Shown piece after piece: positions 52,271 to 64,000 of a stretch of 64,000 nt of DNA (position 1 is the stretch's first letter; each line of letters opens with the position of its first letter). Origin of the DNA: Octopus sinensis (lineage: Eukaryota). Under the pieces are notes generated by a model. It ran no database searches, was not told the DNA's origin, and saw only the letters and a program-made list of their open reading frames with translations. The translations under genes and the position numbers were made by a program. The stretch spans positions 208,018 through 272,017 of the forward strand of contig NW_021836152.1 of NCBI RefSeq assembly GCF_006345805.1, written 5' to 3'.

Positions 52271-52890
52271 GTTTCTTTATTGGCCACACAGGGCTGCACA
52301 CAGATGGGACAAGTTACAAGGTAGAGCTTTTCTTTTGGGGGATGAAAAAAAACAAAAAAAAACAAAAGAAAAAAAAGGGGTGGCGTAGGTTTTCGATCAA
52401 GAGGGATCGTAAAAGGGAAGAAAAGAACAAAAAAAAAATTAAAAAAATAAAAAAAGAATAAAATAAAAAAAGAAGAAAAGGAAAAGGAACAAAAGAAAAG
52501 AGAAATGAAAAGAAGAAAAATGGGAGAAAAAGGGGAAGAGGAAAAAAAAACGATCAATAGGGATCGTTTATCACAGTGTTATGATATATGGTGTAAAGGG
52601 GAAAGCAAGTAAGGTTTAAAGAAAAGCCTACGAAAAAGACTACGGTAACCTTGGTCAATATTGTTATATGTTACCACATTTGTTTGCAAGTGGGTAACCC
52701 TCTGTTTTCAATTTCTGGGTTCATAGGATTATGCTCAAGGTGGCTTCGTCATTCATACGTGCCATCCTTGCTACGTTCACCCATTTTTTTTTAAACATTC
52801 GCTAGACAAAACTTGCCTCTCTACTCTCACTTTCCTTTTCAAGTGGTACTTGAAGAAGTTGATGAGAGATTGACCAGAGAGGAAAGTGTT
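52271..52890 (-). mobile_element. Tx1/L1-clade LINE copy 1, 5'-truncated (~620 bp)
   Basis: 3' UTR ending gtgtggccAATAAAgaaac, ORF2 C-terminal tail; (GATA)n on both sides. Confidence 0.88.
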
Positions 52891-52892
52891 AC

Positions 52893-52945
<53 letters not shown>

Positions 52946-52952
52946 TAGATAT

Positions 52953-54038
52953 GTTTCTTTATTAGCCACACAGGGCTGCACACAGATAGAACAAATTACA
53001 AGGTAGAGCTTTTCTTTTGAAGGTTTAACAAAAAAAAAAGGAAAGGGGGGAATTTCGATCAAAAGGGATCGTAAAAGGAGAGAAAGAGGACAAAAAAGGG
53101 GGGGTTAAAAAAAAGGGGGGAGAGGAAAAAAAATTGATCAATAGGGATCGTTATCACAGAAATGTCAATATGAAGTGTAAAGGGGAGGACAGGTGAGGTT
53201 TACCCGTGGAAAGAAAAGCCTACGGAAAAGACCACGGTAACCTCGGTCAATGAAGTCACATTTTATATTTCTTTTTTTTTTTTTTTTTTTTTTGCAAATA
53301 AGCAAATCTCTGTTTTCAATTTCTGGGTTCATAGGATTATGCTCAAGGTGGCTTCGTCATTCATACGTGCCATTCTTGCTACATTCACCCATCTTTTTTT
53401 AAAACATTCGCTAGACAAAACTTGCCTCTCTACTCTCACTTTCCTTTTCAAGTGGTACTTGAAGAAGTTGATGAGAGATTGACCAGAGAGGAAAGTGTTT
53501 GTCTCCAATCCTTTCAGACGCGTCCACCAGATACATTCTTTCGCCATAGCCACAAGGATGATGAAAATAGCTCTTCCTTCCCGTTTGAAGAAGGAGGCGT
53601 GACAATATTGACGATAGACTCAGCTGATAAACCGACTCGTCCCACACGTGACAGCAGTTGTTCGACATAAGCCCACAGGTCGGAAATTGTTGGACACTGA
53701 ACGAGTGCGTGCAGAACGGTTTCGTCGCTCTGACCGCATCTCGGCAAGTCTGCCCCGTGTTTCTCGAGCCGTGTCTGTAGAGCTTATCCCGAACGGGTAG
53801 CGCTTCTCGGTAGGACTGCCAGGCCAGGGATCTCTGGAAGTTGTCCATGGGCTCTGGCCCGAAAGTCGTCCTGAACAGGCGGGTCAGGTACTCCTCTTCG
53901 ACGTCCAGGTTCGCCCCGAGCTCGTCGTCGTACCTCCCCTCCACTAAACCCCTATAGATGCTTTGGTTGTGTTGAAGTCACTTAAGGTCGACCCAGGACG
54001 GCAGAGTTGCTTGAGAGCAACGCGACACTCGCGGTGCC
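52953..54038 (-). mobile_element. Tx1/L1-clade LINE copy 2, 5'-truncated (~1.09 kb)
   Basis: CPRCGQSDETVLHALVQCP zinc-binding tail; (GATA)n on both sides. Confidence 0.88.
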
Positions 54039-54075
<37 letters not shown>

Positions 54076-54085
54076 AGATAGATAG

Positions 54086-54121
<36 letters not shown>

Positions 54122-54122
54122 T

Positions 54123-57058
54123 GTTTCCTTATTAGCCACACAGGGCTGCACACAGATAGAACAAATTACAAGGTAGAGCTTTTCTTTTGAAGGTTTAAAA
54201 AAAAAAAAGGGAAAAGGGGGAGTTCCGATCAAAAGGGATCGTAAAAGGAGAGAAAGAGGACAAAAAGGGGGGGTTAAAAAAAGGGGGGAGAGGAAAAAAA
54301 ATTGATCAATAGGGATCGTTATCACAGAAATGTCAATATGAAGTGTAAAGGGGAGGACAAGTGAGGTTTACCCGTGGAAAGAAAAGCCTACGGAAAAGAC
54401 CACGGTAACCTCGGTCAATGAAGTCACATTTTATATTTCTTTTTTTTTTTTTTTTTTTTGCAAGTAAGCAAATCTCTGTTTTCAATTTCTGGGTTCATAG
54501 GATTATGCTCAAGTGGGCTTCGTCATTCATACGTGCCATTCTTGCTACATTCACCCATCTTTTTTAAAACATTCGCTAGACAAAACTTGCCTCTCTACTC
54601 TCACTTTCCTTTTCAAGTGGTACTTGAAGAAGTTGATGAGAGATTGACCAGAAGGAAAGTGTTTGTCTCCAATCCTTTCAGACGCGTCCACCAGATACAT
54701 TCTTTCGCCATAGCCACAAGGATGATGAAAATAGCTCTTCCTTCCCGTTTGAAGGAAGGAGGCGTGACAATATTGACGATAGACTCAGCTGATAACCGAC
54801 TCGTCCCACACGTGACAGCAGTTGTTCGACATAAGCCCACAGGTCGGAAATTGTTGGACACTGAACGAGTGCGTGCAGAACGGTTTCGTCGCTCTGACCG
54901 CATCTCGGGCAGGTCAGCCCCGTGTTTCTCGAGCCGTGTCTGTAGAGCTTATCCCGAACGGGTAGCGCTTCTCGTTAGCACTACCCAGGCCAGGGATCTC
55001 TGGAAGTTGTCCATCGGCCCTGGCCCGAAAGTCGTCCTGAACAGGCGGGTCAGGTACTCCTCGTCGACGTCCAGGTTCGACCCGAGCTCGTCCGTACCTC
55101 CCCTCCACTAAACCCCTATAGAATGCTTTGGTTGTGTTGAAGTCACTTAAGGTCGACCCAGGACGGCAGAGTTGCTTGAGAGCAACGCGACACTCGCGGT
55201 GCATTCGCCTTCCTCCTCCTCGGCCTCTTTTTTGATCCACGACTGCAGTTCGGTCATGGAGACAAGCTGCGGGAAAGCGTGCCTCATAAACGGCGACCAC
55301 ACCTGTTCACCGTCGTCTACATAGAGCCAGAGATGTCGCAGTCTCAGCGCGTATCTGCGCATCATCAACCACGGCATGCCGCCCTCCTTTTAACGGGTGT
55401 TGACAGCAAATGGATCGCCTGACCATCGGGACGCATCCTTTCCACAAGAAGCGAAAGAGAATGCGTTCTAGTTTGGTGATGGTAGGGTCGGGACAAGGTA
55501 CGACGGTCAGGCGGTAGTAGATGACGGACGCGATGTACGTGTTCGCCACCTCCGCTCGACCTTTTAGGGACAGTTTCCTCTCGGCCCATTGCCGGGCGAG
55601 AGTGACCACCCTACTCGTTATCTCGTTCCAGTTCTTCTCCACTTGGAGATCCGGATCAAACCAGACCCCGAGCAACTCAACCGGGCCGTCGGTCCAGCGT
55701 CCCACGACGGAGGCGCTGGTGGACGGCATGGGCTTGCTTCTCCAGGTGCTTAGTCGCAACCCACTGATTTTCCCGGTGATTTTCGCTCCTGTCACCGCGC
55801 TTCGTAGTTTTTCAGTGTCTCGCCGACCAGCTCGATGTGCTCGTGGCTAGACACTATGACGGTGACGTCGTCCGCGTATGCAGACACGCTCGTCCCGCAT
55901 CCCAATTCTCGCGGATGCCCCTTAGAGTCGCCAGTTCCGCAGTAGTGGCTCAGGAGTCAATACGTATAGAAGCGCCGAGAGGGGGCATCCTGACGGACCG
56001 AACGTGCAATGTCGAAAGGTCTCGATAGATGTCCATTTACGCGAATTACCGAACGATGCCTCTGTACAAGGCAGCTATCCAGCCGCGGAAGACGGGACCG
56101 AAACCAGCCGCTCTCAGGACTGCCTCCAAGTATCGATGTCTACTACCCTATCAAAGGCTTTCGATTGATCCAAGTTGATCAGGGCCCCCACCCATGCCAG
56201 TTCGTTAACTACCCTGTCTATGATGTCGCGCATCAGATGGAGGTTGTCATGGATGGTCCGGCGGCCTGGCCCGCACGTTTGCGCCTTGTCGACCAGTTTC
56301 TCGATGACAAGCGCCAACCTCTTGGCTCTCACCTTGGCCAAATTTTTCAAGTCTGCATAAAGCAGAGTGATGGGCCTAAAGTTATCTATTACATTTCCCT
56401 TGTTTAGATCTTTCTTCAGCAGTGTTACGGCTCCTCGGCTCACAAACCAGGAATGCTCCCGTTTTGCTGCCAGTTGCAGTACACCGCCGCCAAGAGATCT
56501 CCAAACAAGTCTGGCATACAATTGTAAAGCTCGTAGGGTAGACCATCCAAACCGTGATTTGTCCCGAGCATTCTGCCATCGCTTCCTGCACTTCCGCCGC
56601 CGTGATGGCACCTTCGCAGCACCCTGCCTTTCTTGTCGAGAGTCGTGGTAGGCTATATAGGTAGGCACTGAAGTCCACCCTACGTTCTTGCCCTCCACTC
56701 GTTCCGAACAGTCGGGCAAAATGCTGCTGAAAGGCCTCACACATTTACTTGGCTCGAGTAATTCGCGCCCCTGTTCATCTACCAGTGACCGAATGGTGGC
56801 TTTGTTGCCCTGTTGCGCCTCTGCCCCCGGCCTCTCTCGCGGCTCCAACACCTTCGTTCCTTAGAGCACGCATCCTAGCTCTGACACAGCACATCCTTCG
56901 TGTTTGGCGTTGAAGTGTTGGTCGAGGGCCAACCTCGCAGCCAAACGTCGGATGCGATGCCGCTTCTAATTGCCTCTTCTAGCTTCTTAACTAGCTCACC
57001 CTCTACTCTATTTCTATCTATGGCTATGCTTTGCTGTACCTAATCGCTTCTCTGCTTT
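54123..57058 (-). mobile_element. Tx1/L1-clade LINE copy 3, 5'-truncated (~2.9 kb), frameshifted RT
   Basis: FRPITLL, LINLDQSKAFDRV, SAYADDV, KLSLKGRAEVAN fragments; (GATA)n on both sides. Confidence 0.9.
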
Positions 57059-57106
<48 letters not shown>

Positions 57107-57123
57107 CAGACAGATAGATAGAG

Positions 57124-57178
<55 letters not shown>

Positions 57179-57246
57179 AGAGATAGGAGACAGGCAGACA
57201 GACTGACAGATCGACAGGCAGACAGACAGACAAACCCACAGATAGA

Positions 57247-57278
<32 letters not shown>

Positions 57279-57363
57279 GATAGATAGACAGACAGACAGA
57301 CTGACAGACAGACACACAGGCAGGCAGACAGACAGACACACAGATAAATAGATAGATAGATAG

Positions 57364-57394
<31 letters not shown>

Positions 57395-57438
57395 AGATAG
57401 ATAGATATATAGATTATAGATAGATAGAACAGACAGAC

Positions 57439-57500
<62 letters not shown>

Positions 57501-57558
57501 AGAGATAGGCAGACAGGCAGACAGACTGACAGACCGACATGCAGACAGACAAACCCAC

Positions 57559-57618
<60 letters not shown>

Positions 57619-57680
57619 TGACAGACAGACACACAGGCAGGCAGACAGACACACAGATAGATAGATAGATAGATAGATAT

Positions 57681-57745
<65 letters not shown>

Positions 57746-57751
57746 TAGATA
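57059..57751. repeat. Compound (GATA)n/(GACA)n array with higher-order duplications
   Basis: gacagacaaacccacagatag and gacagactgacagacagacacacaggcaggcag each occur twice. Confidence 0.95.
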
Positions 57752-58044
57752 ACTTTCTTTTATTAGCCACACAGGGCTGAATACAGAGGGGACAAATACA
57801 AATGCAGAGCTTTTCTTTTCGAGGGTGGAAAAAAAAGAAAATAAATGTAAGATTGCGATCAAAAGGGATCGAGAGGAGGAAAAAGAAAAGAAATCGTGTA
57901 TCACAGAAACAATGAAAAAACATTGATAAAACAAGATTGGGTTCATCCGTGGGAAGAAAAGCCTACAGAAAAGACCACGGGAACCTCAGTCAGGAGGAAA
58001 TAACCCATGAGATCAAAATGCTCTCTTTCTTTCTTTTTTACGAT

Positions 58045-61000
58045 CTACAGGATCATGCTCAAAATGGTTTCGTCACTCGCACGCACCATCTTTGCAACAT
58101 TCACCAGTTTTTTTTGAATCTTTCGCGAGACAAAACTTCCCTCTCCATTCTCACCTTCCTTTCAAGTGGTACTTGAAAACGTTGATGAGCGATTGGCCAG
58201 AGAGGTAAGTGGTTGTCTCTATCCTTTCGCTCGGGTCCACCACACACATTCTTCACCATGGCCACCAGTACGATGAAAACTGCCTTGCCTTCCCGGTTGA
58301 GGGAAGGGGGCGGAGCAATACTCACGATAGACTCGGCCGATAGGCGGATTCGTCCACACGTGACAGTAGCCGTTCGGCATAAGCCCACAGGTCCTGAAAT
58401 GGTTGGACATTGCACGTGTCTGTAGAGCTTATCCCGAACAGGTAATGCTTCTCGATAGCACTACCAGGCCAGGGATCTTTGGTGATTGTTCATAGGTCCC
58501 GGCCCGAAAGTTGTCCTGAACAGGCGGTCAGGTGTTCATCGTCGACGCCCAGACTCTGCCCGAGTTCGTCGTCGCACCTCCCCTCCACTAATCCTCTATA
58601 GAATGCCTTTGTTGTGATGGAGTCGCACAGTTTCGATCCCCGGACGGCAGGGTTGCTTGAGAGCAACGCGACACTCGCGTGCCATTCGCCTAGCCTCGGT
58701 CTCTGCTTGATCCATGACTGTAGTTCGTCCAAGAAGACGAGCTGCGGAAAAGCGCGCCGCACAAAAGGCGACCACACCTGTTCACCGTTGTCTATGAAGC
58801 GCCGGAGATGTCGCAGTCTCAGCGCATGTCTGCGCATCAACCACGGCATGCCCAGCCCTCCATTTAGCGGGTGTTGACAGCAAATGGAACGCCTAACCAT
58901 CGGAACGTTTCCCTTCCACAAGAAGCGGAAGAGTATACGTTCCAGTTTGGTGATGGTAGGGTCGGGACAAGGCACGACGGTCAGACGATACTCGATGACG
59001 GATGCGATGTACGCGTTCGCCACCTCCGCCCGACCTTTTAGGGATAGCTTTCTCTCAGCCCATTTCTGGGTGAGAGTAGCCACCCTAGTCGTTATCTCGC
59101 CCCAGTTTCTTCTCCATTTGGAGGTCCGGACCGAACCAGACCCCGAGCAATTTAATCGGTCCGTCCGTCCAGCGTCCCACGATGGAGACGCTGTTGGACG
59201 GCATGGGCCTGCTTCTCCAGGTGCCGAGCCGCAAGCCCACTGACTTTTCCCGGTTAATTTTTGCTCCCGTTACCGCTTCGTATTTTTTAGGGTCTCGCCG
59301 ACCAGCTCGATGTGCTCGTAGCTCGACACTATGACGGTGACGTCATCCGCGTATGCAGACACGCTCCTCCCGCATCCCAGCTCTCGTGGGATGCCCCTCA
59401 GCGTCGCCAGTTTCCGCAGTAGTGGCTCAAGAGTCAATACATACAGTAGCGATGAGAGGGGGCATCCCTGACGAACCGAACGCATGATGTTAAAAGGTCT
59501 GGATAGATGACCATTTACGCGAACTACTGAGCGGATGCCGCTGTATAAGGCAGCGATCCAACCGCGGAAAACTGGACCGAAACCAGCCGCTTTAAGGACA
59601 GCCTCCAAGTAGTGATGGTCTACCCTATCGAAAGCTTTTGATTGATCCAAATTGATCAGCGCTCCACCCATGCCAGGATTCTTAACTACCCTGTCTATGA
59701 TGTAGCGCATCAGATGGAGGTCGTCATGAATACTTCTACCCGGCACGGCGCATGTTTGCGCCTTGTCGATTAGTTTCTTGATGACAAGCGCCAACCTCTC
59801 GGCTAACACCTTGGCCAAAATTTTCAAATCTCCGTTGAGCAGAGTGATGGGCCTGAAATTATCTATGACGTCCCCCTTGTTTGGGTCTTTCTTAATCAGT
59901 GCCACTGCTCCTCGCTTTACAAAAGCAGGAATACTCCCGTTTTGCTGCCAGTTGCAGTAGACACTGCTGCCAAGACGCCTCCAAACAAGTCTGGCATATG
60001 AAAATAAAGTTCGTAGGGCAGACCATCCAAGCCTGGTGACTTGTCTCTCGCGCAGCCTACCATCGCATCCTGTACGTCCGCAGCTGTGATAGGCCTTTCA
60101 CAAGACTCCACCTATCTTGCTGAGAGTCGTGGCAAGGCATGCAGGTAGGCATTAAAGTCCACTCTGCGTTCTGACCCACCACTTGTCCCAAACAGTCGGG
60201 TGAAGTGTTGTTGAAAAGCCCCACACATCCTTTTGGGCTCGAGCAATTCGCGCCCCTGTTCATCTATAAGAGACTTGATGGTGGCTCTGTTGCCTCGTTG
60301 TGTCCCACCACTCGGGCCTCTTGGGCGGCTCCAACTCCTTCGTTCCTCAGAGCACGCATCCTAGCTCTGACAACGCATCCCTCGTGTTTGGCGTTGAGGT
60401 GTTGGTCGAGGGCCAATCTCGCCGCCAGCACGTTGGATGCGATGCCAGTTCTAAGTGCCTCTTCTAAAACCTTAACTAATTCTCCCTCTATTCTATTTCG
60501 GTCTAATGCTAGGGCTTTACTGTATCTGACTGATTCTGCTTTAATTGCTTTTTAGGGCATACCACCATCTGTTGTTGATGATGGTACCCGTCAAAGCTCT
60601 CTTAACTAATGTGCTGACCCTGTCCCTGTAACCTGTCGTGCTGTAAAAGACGCGTTCAGTTTCCAGTAACCAGGACCCTGCCTATGTGTCTTATCTAAGT
60701 CAAGTGTACAAGTCACAAACTTGTGATCTGTGTAACTGACTATATGAAATTGTGGACAACCTACACTATTTTTATCTATTGTCCTACAGAATACTCTATC
60801 TAAGTATGATCTGGACGACCCGATGCGGTTACTCCATGTCCACATTGGCACATTCGGGTGGTCCAGTCGGTACTGTCAGACAGTTGGAAACGTCTGAGCA
60901 GGTCTTGAGGCATTTGCATCCCCTTCTATTGCTATCTCTGCCCACGTAGTCTAGATGCGTGTCCAGGGTGGCATTCCAATCCCCACTAAAAGTAAAGGAC

Positions 61001-61400
61001 GAGACGTTCCCATGAAAGACTCTAGACGTCGAAAGAAATCTGGTCGGCCTGTTAAGGACGGAGCATAAACTGCTATCAGTCGAAAAGCACACTCATTGCT
61101 GCCATCGACATCCAAAACGACCAGCCTACCCTCTGGGTCTAGGAAAATTGCTCTTACTTTGAGATCCAGACTCTTCCGGAGAAGCACCGCGGTGCCACCT
61201 CCGTCCATTCTCGGTAGACACGGAGAAAAATAAATGTTGAAATGTGTACCGAAACTGTGCTGGAGTGCTCGCAAGCTGTGGAGTCTGGTCTCACTGATGG
61301 CTATGATATTCAGATTTAGTGACTTGATGTCATTTAACAGGTAGCTTGTTTCCAAGGCGACCCCAAGCCACGTAACATTTATACTGCCTATTCTGAGCAT
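58045..61400 (-). pseudogene. Tx1 ORF2 (APE endonuclease, RT, zinc tail), fragmented
   Basis: MLRIGSINV, ISETRL, DPEGRLV, VYAP, GDWNA, KSPGLDGLPYE, VRQGCPLS, SAYADDV. Confidence 0.9.
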
Positions 61401-61469
61401 GTTCCGATTAAAATTGTGTTTTACACACGAAAAGAAAGTGCAAAAAAGGAAAGAGAGAGAGAAAAGGTT

Positions 61470-63776
61470 ACTTGTTGTTCGAAAGTCCTTTGTTTCACCT
61501 CACAGTCTTCTTCCATGAGGTTTTTGTATAGTTTCTTTGATGAGTACTTTTGAAATCTCTCTACAGCATCAAGGTAAAGAGATTTCAGGGGTGCTGTATG
61601 TGTTCTGTGTTACGGTATTATTTTAATGTGTTGTGGTGGTGTTGTGCGTGGGTGGTTACTTGTTTTTTACGTCGTTTTCAGTTATGTTGGTGTTTGACCT
61701 AATGTGTTCCATTAGGTCGTGGTTGTTGTGTTTATGGCTGTCAACATTGTTGGGGGGCTTGATGATGGTGTGTTTGTGTTGATGTGTTTGTTTTCTGTGG
61801 ATGTTTTTGTTCGGGAGTGGTGAATCTTCCTGCTTTTTTGTTATCTTTTCTTTTCTTTTTTCCCCTTTTCTTCTCCCCCCTGTGGGCTATTTGCCAATCT
61901 TCTGTGTCTTCTTCGTCTAATGACAAATCAGAAGAATCAGAGCTTGGAAGAGGGAAAATATGGGGGTTCTTGTAGACTGTGTTGATTTTGTTGTTGGTGT
62001 TGGTTGGTGAGCGTTAGGTTGTGGTGTATGCGGTTTGGAGGTGGGGGGGTGGGTATTTTGTGTGTTTGAGTGATTGTAGGTATGTTGTGTTGTTTGGGGG
62101 TGTCAATTTTGTGGGATTTGGAGTAGTAATTGTTTCTTCATTTCGATGAGTGTCTTTTGGCAGATGTCCTTGGTTTAGGAGTTGGTTTATTCTTGGTTGT
62201 TGTTGTTGGTGGTGTTGCTTCTGTTCTTGGTGCAGTTGGTTGTGGTTGTTTGGTTGGTGAGGTTTGCTTTTTGTTGATTTTCTGTGATTAGTCCTGTTCG
62301 TGCAAAAAGCTGTGGTGTGGGTAGTAGTAAAGCTGTTTATTTGTTTTTTCCGGCTGCTGTTGTTGTTGCTGTTGTTTCTTGTGGCAGATTTGCATATTTT
62401 TTAGGTGTTGCTCACTGCCGCATATGTAGCAACGTGGTCTTCTGCCATCGACGACCACATACAACTTGTGGTCTTCTGATACACATATCTGGGTGGGTAT
62501 TTTCTTTATGCCTCTTGGTTTATATGTAGTAGAAATTCTACTTTTTTTCCCACCCAGTTTTTGTGCTCGTGACGTGGTTTCTAAAATTGTGAAATCTTCC
62601 TTTTCACACGTAAGGCCTTTACTAGCCATAAATTGTTAGCTATTTTTGGGACATTGTTTAAAGTGATCTTAGTCACTTTTCTGTCCACGATAGCTTGGTG
62701 TTAGTTGAAGTTCCTGAATGAAGAGTTAGCGTTGAGAAAGTCTTGCTAACTCTTCAGTGTGGAATACCACTTGTATGGGTGCGAACTTGTTCCACCAGGT
62801 CACATACTCTTTGTAGTTCCAGGTGGGGTTTCAAGCATTTTCGATTTTGCTTGTGTTAGCCTTCTCTGGACTTTTTGTTTTCTTATTAATTATTTTATAA
62901 ATAATTGTCTTTTTTTTTCATTTTCTAATATTTCTTGTGGTATGTTTATTTTTACTATACCATCTACTTCTGTTATTAAAATGTTCGTGTCTTTTATTTG
63001 TTGTGCAGTAAAATATACTGTTGTCTTTTTTTCTTTTATCGCCTCGGCGAAATTTGTTGTTGTTTTGGTTGTTGTTACTGGTGTGATGTTGTTGTGGCTG
63101 CAGTTGGTTTAAAATCGGTGTATTTGGTGTGTTGTGCAAGTGGAAGGGGTGGAGGAAGGGGTGGAAACTACTTGCATAGTTTATCCCGGTATTCAAGCAG
63201 CTTTGTCAATTGTTTGGTGGTCACAGTCTTTTGTTATTCCCTTCGTTCTTGTTCTTTGAGGAGGACAAGGTCTTGAACGGGATTGTTGTGTGTTGTTATT
63301 GTTGGTTGGCGGTGGATGTTGTCAGTGGCAGAAGAGACAGCAGTGGCAGCAGATGTCGAAATGGTGGCGCAATGTTATTATTTTGTTGTCATTGTTATTG
63401 TTGTGTTGTCGGTAGGTTAGTTGAGGTTATGGATGAGGTGGCGGTGGTGGTGGTGGTGGTGGAGGCGGTGTGGTGGTAGCAGTAGTAGTTCGTGGTTGTT
63501 GTTGTTAGTGGTTGGTGGTGGTTGTGGTAACAGGGCTGTTACCGCACGTGGTTGCAAGCGTTCATTCGACCGTTATTCATGTTTGCACTTTGCATTTTTG
63601 CGTGTTCTGTTTTTTCTTCTTTTTTTTTTTCTAGCGTTTAAACTAGGAAAACGCTGGTCCATAAAGGAACGCGACCCACGCGTTCTACAATAAAATTTCT
63701 CGACATTTTCTAATGTCGAGAAGAAAATTACAGAAATGAAATGGGGTTGAATTCCTCCCTGGGAAAAAGCACTCAA
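61470..63776 (-). pseudogene. Tx1 ORF1 remnants (low-complexity P/T/Q/H stretches, zinc knuckle)
   Basis: VVVDGRRPRCYICGSEQH in ORF 62288-62629; position upstream of ORF2. Confidence 0.6.
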
Positions 63777-63920
63777 ACGAAAGTTTTGGTGCCTTACACA
63801 CCTATTTGCAAAATGTACACAAAAATTGGCTATAAATAGTCAAAATAAACGATTACCTTCGCAGACGAAGTGACAGCACGTCCGTTAGATAAATAGATAG
63901 ATAGACTGCTAGATAGATAA

Positions 63921-64000
63921 GTTTCTTTATTGGCCACACAGGGCTGCACACAGATGGGACAAATTACAAGGTAGAGCTTTTCTTTTGGGGGATAAAAAAA
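63921..64000 (-). mobile_element. Tx1/L1-clade LINE copy 5, 3' end (runs off the window)
   Basis: gtttctttattggccacacagggctgcacacagatgggac as in copy 1, preceded by GATA repeats. Confidence 0.85.

Larger units (their letters stand above)
57752..63885 (-). mobile_element. Tx1/L1-clade LINE copy 4, apparently full length (~6.1 kb), with many frameshifts
   Basis: ORF1 remnants with a zinc-knuckle-like CYICGSEQH; ORF2 with APE and RT motifs; (GATA)n on both sides. Confidence 0.9.

Overview
Eukaryotic, AT-rich, microsatellite-saturated DNA. The SINE families and (TA)n/(GATA)n density suggest a cephalopod (Octopus-like) genome; this is inferred from recognition of the repeats, not a database search. 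(1) 1-16.7 kb is a nest of transposon relics landing in microsatellites: a Gypsy solo LTR and an LTR-PBS-gag stub, a full-length mariner, two Penelope-like (PLE) fragments, and a near-intact RTE LINE. It also holds three canonical-core minimal hammerhead ribozymes and three copies of variant-core hammerhead-like motifs. (2) 17-28 kb is mostly purine/pyrimidine low-complexity tracts, SINEs and LINE remnants. (3) 29-51.7 kb holds the 3' part of one minus-strand host gene: a 4.86-kb terminal exon with about six tandem NHL-like beta-propeller modules, preceded by symmetric phase-1 micro-exons, three of them carrying a VQTE (LC8-type) motif. Two further exon slots are dead. The array expanded by ~3.5-kb intron+exon duplication, and the latest 3527-bp duplication creates a TAA if the twin exons are joined. 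(4) 52-64 kb has five co-oriented Tx1/L1-clade LINE copies, each bounded by (GATA)n, consistent with a GATA-microsatellite-targeting retrotransposon. Most short ORFs in the track are translations of microsatellites.
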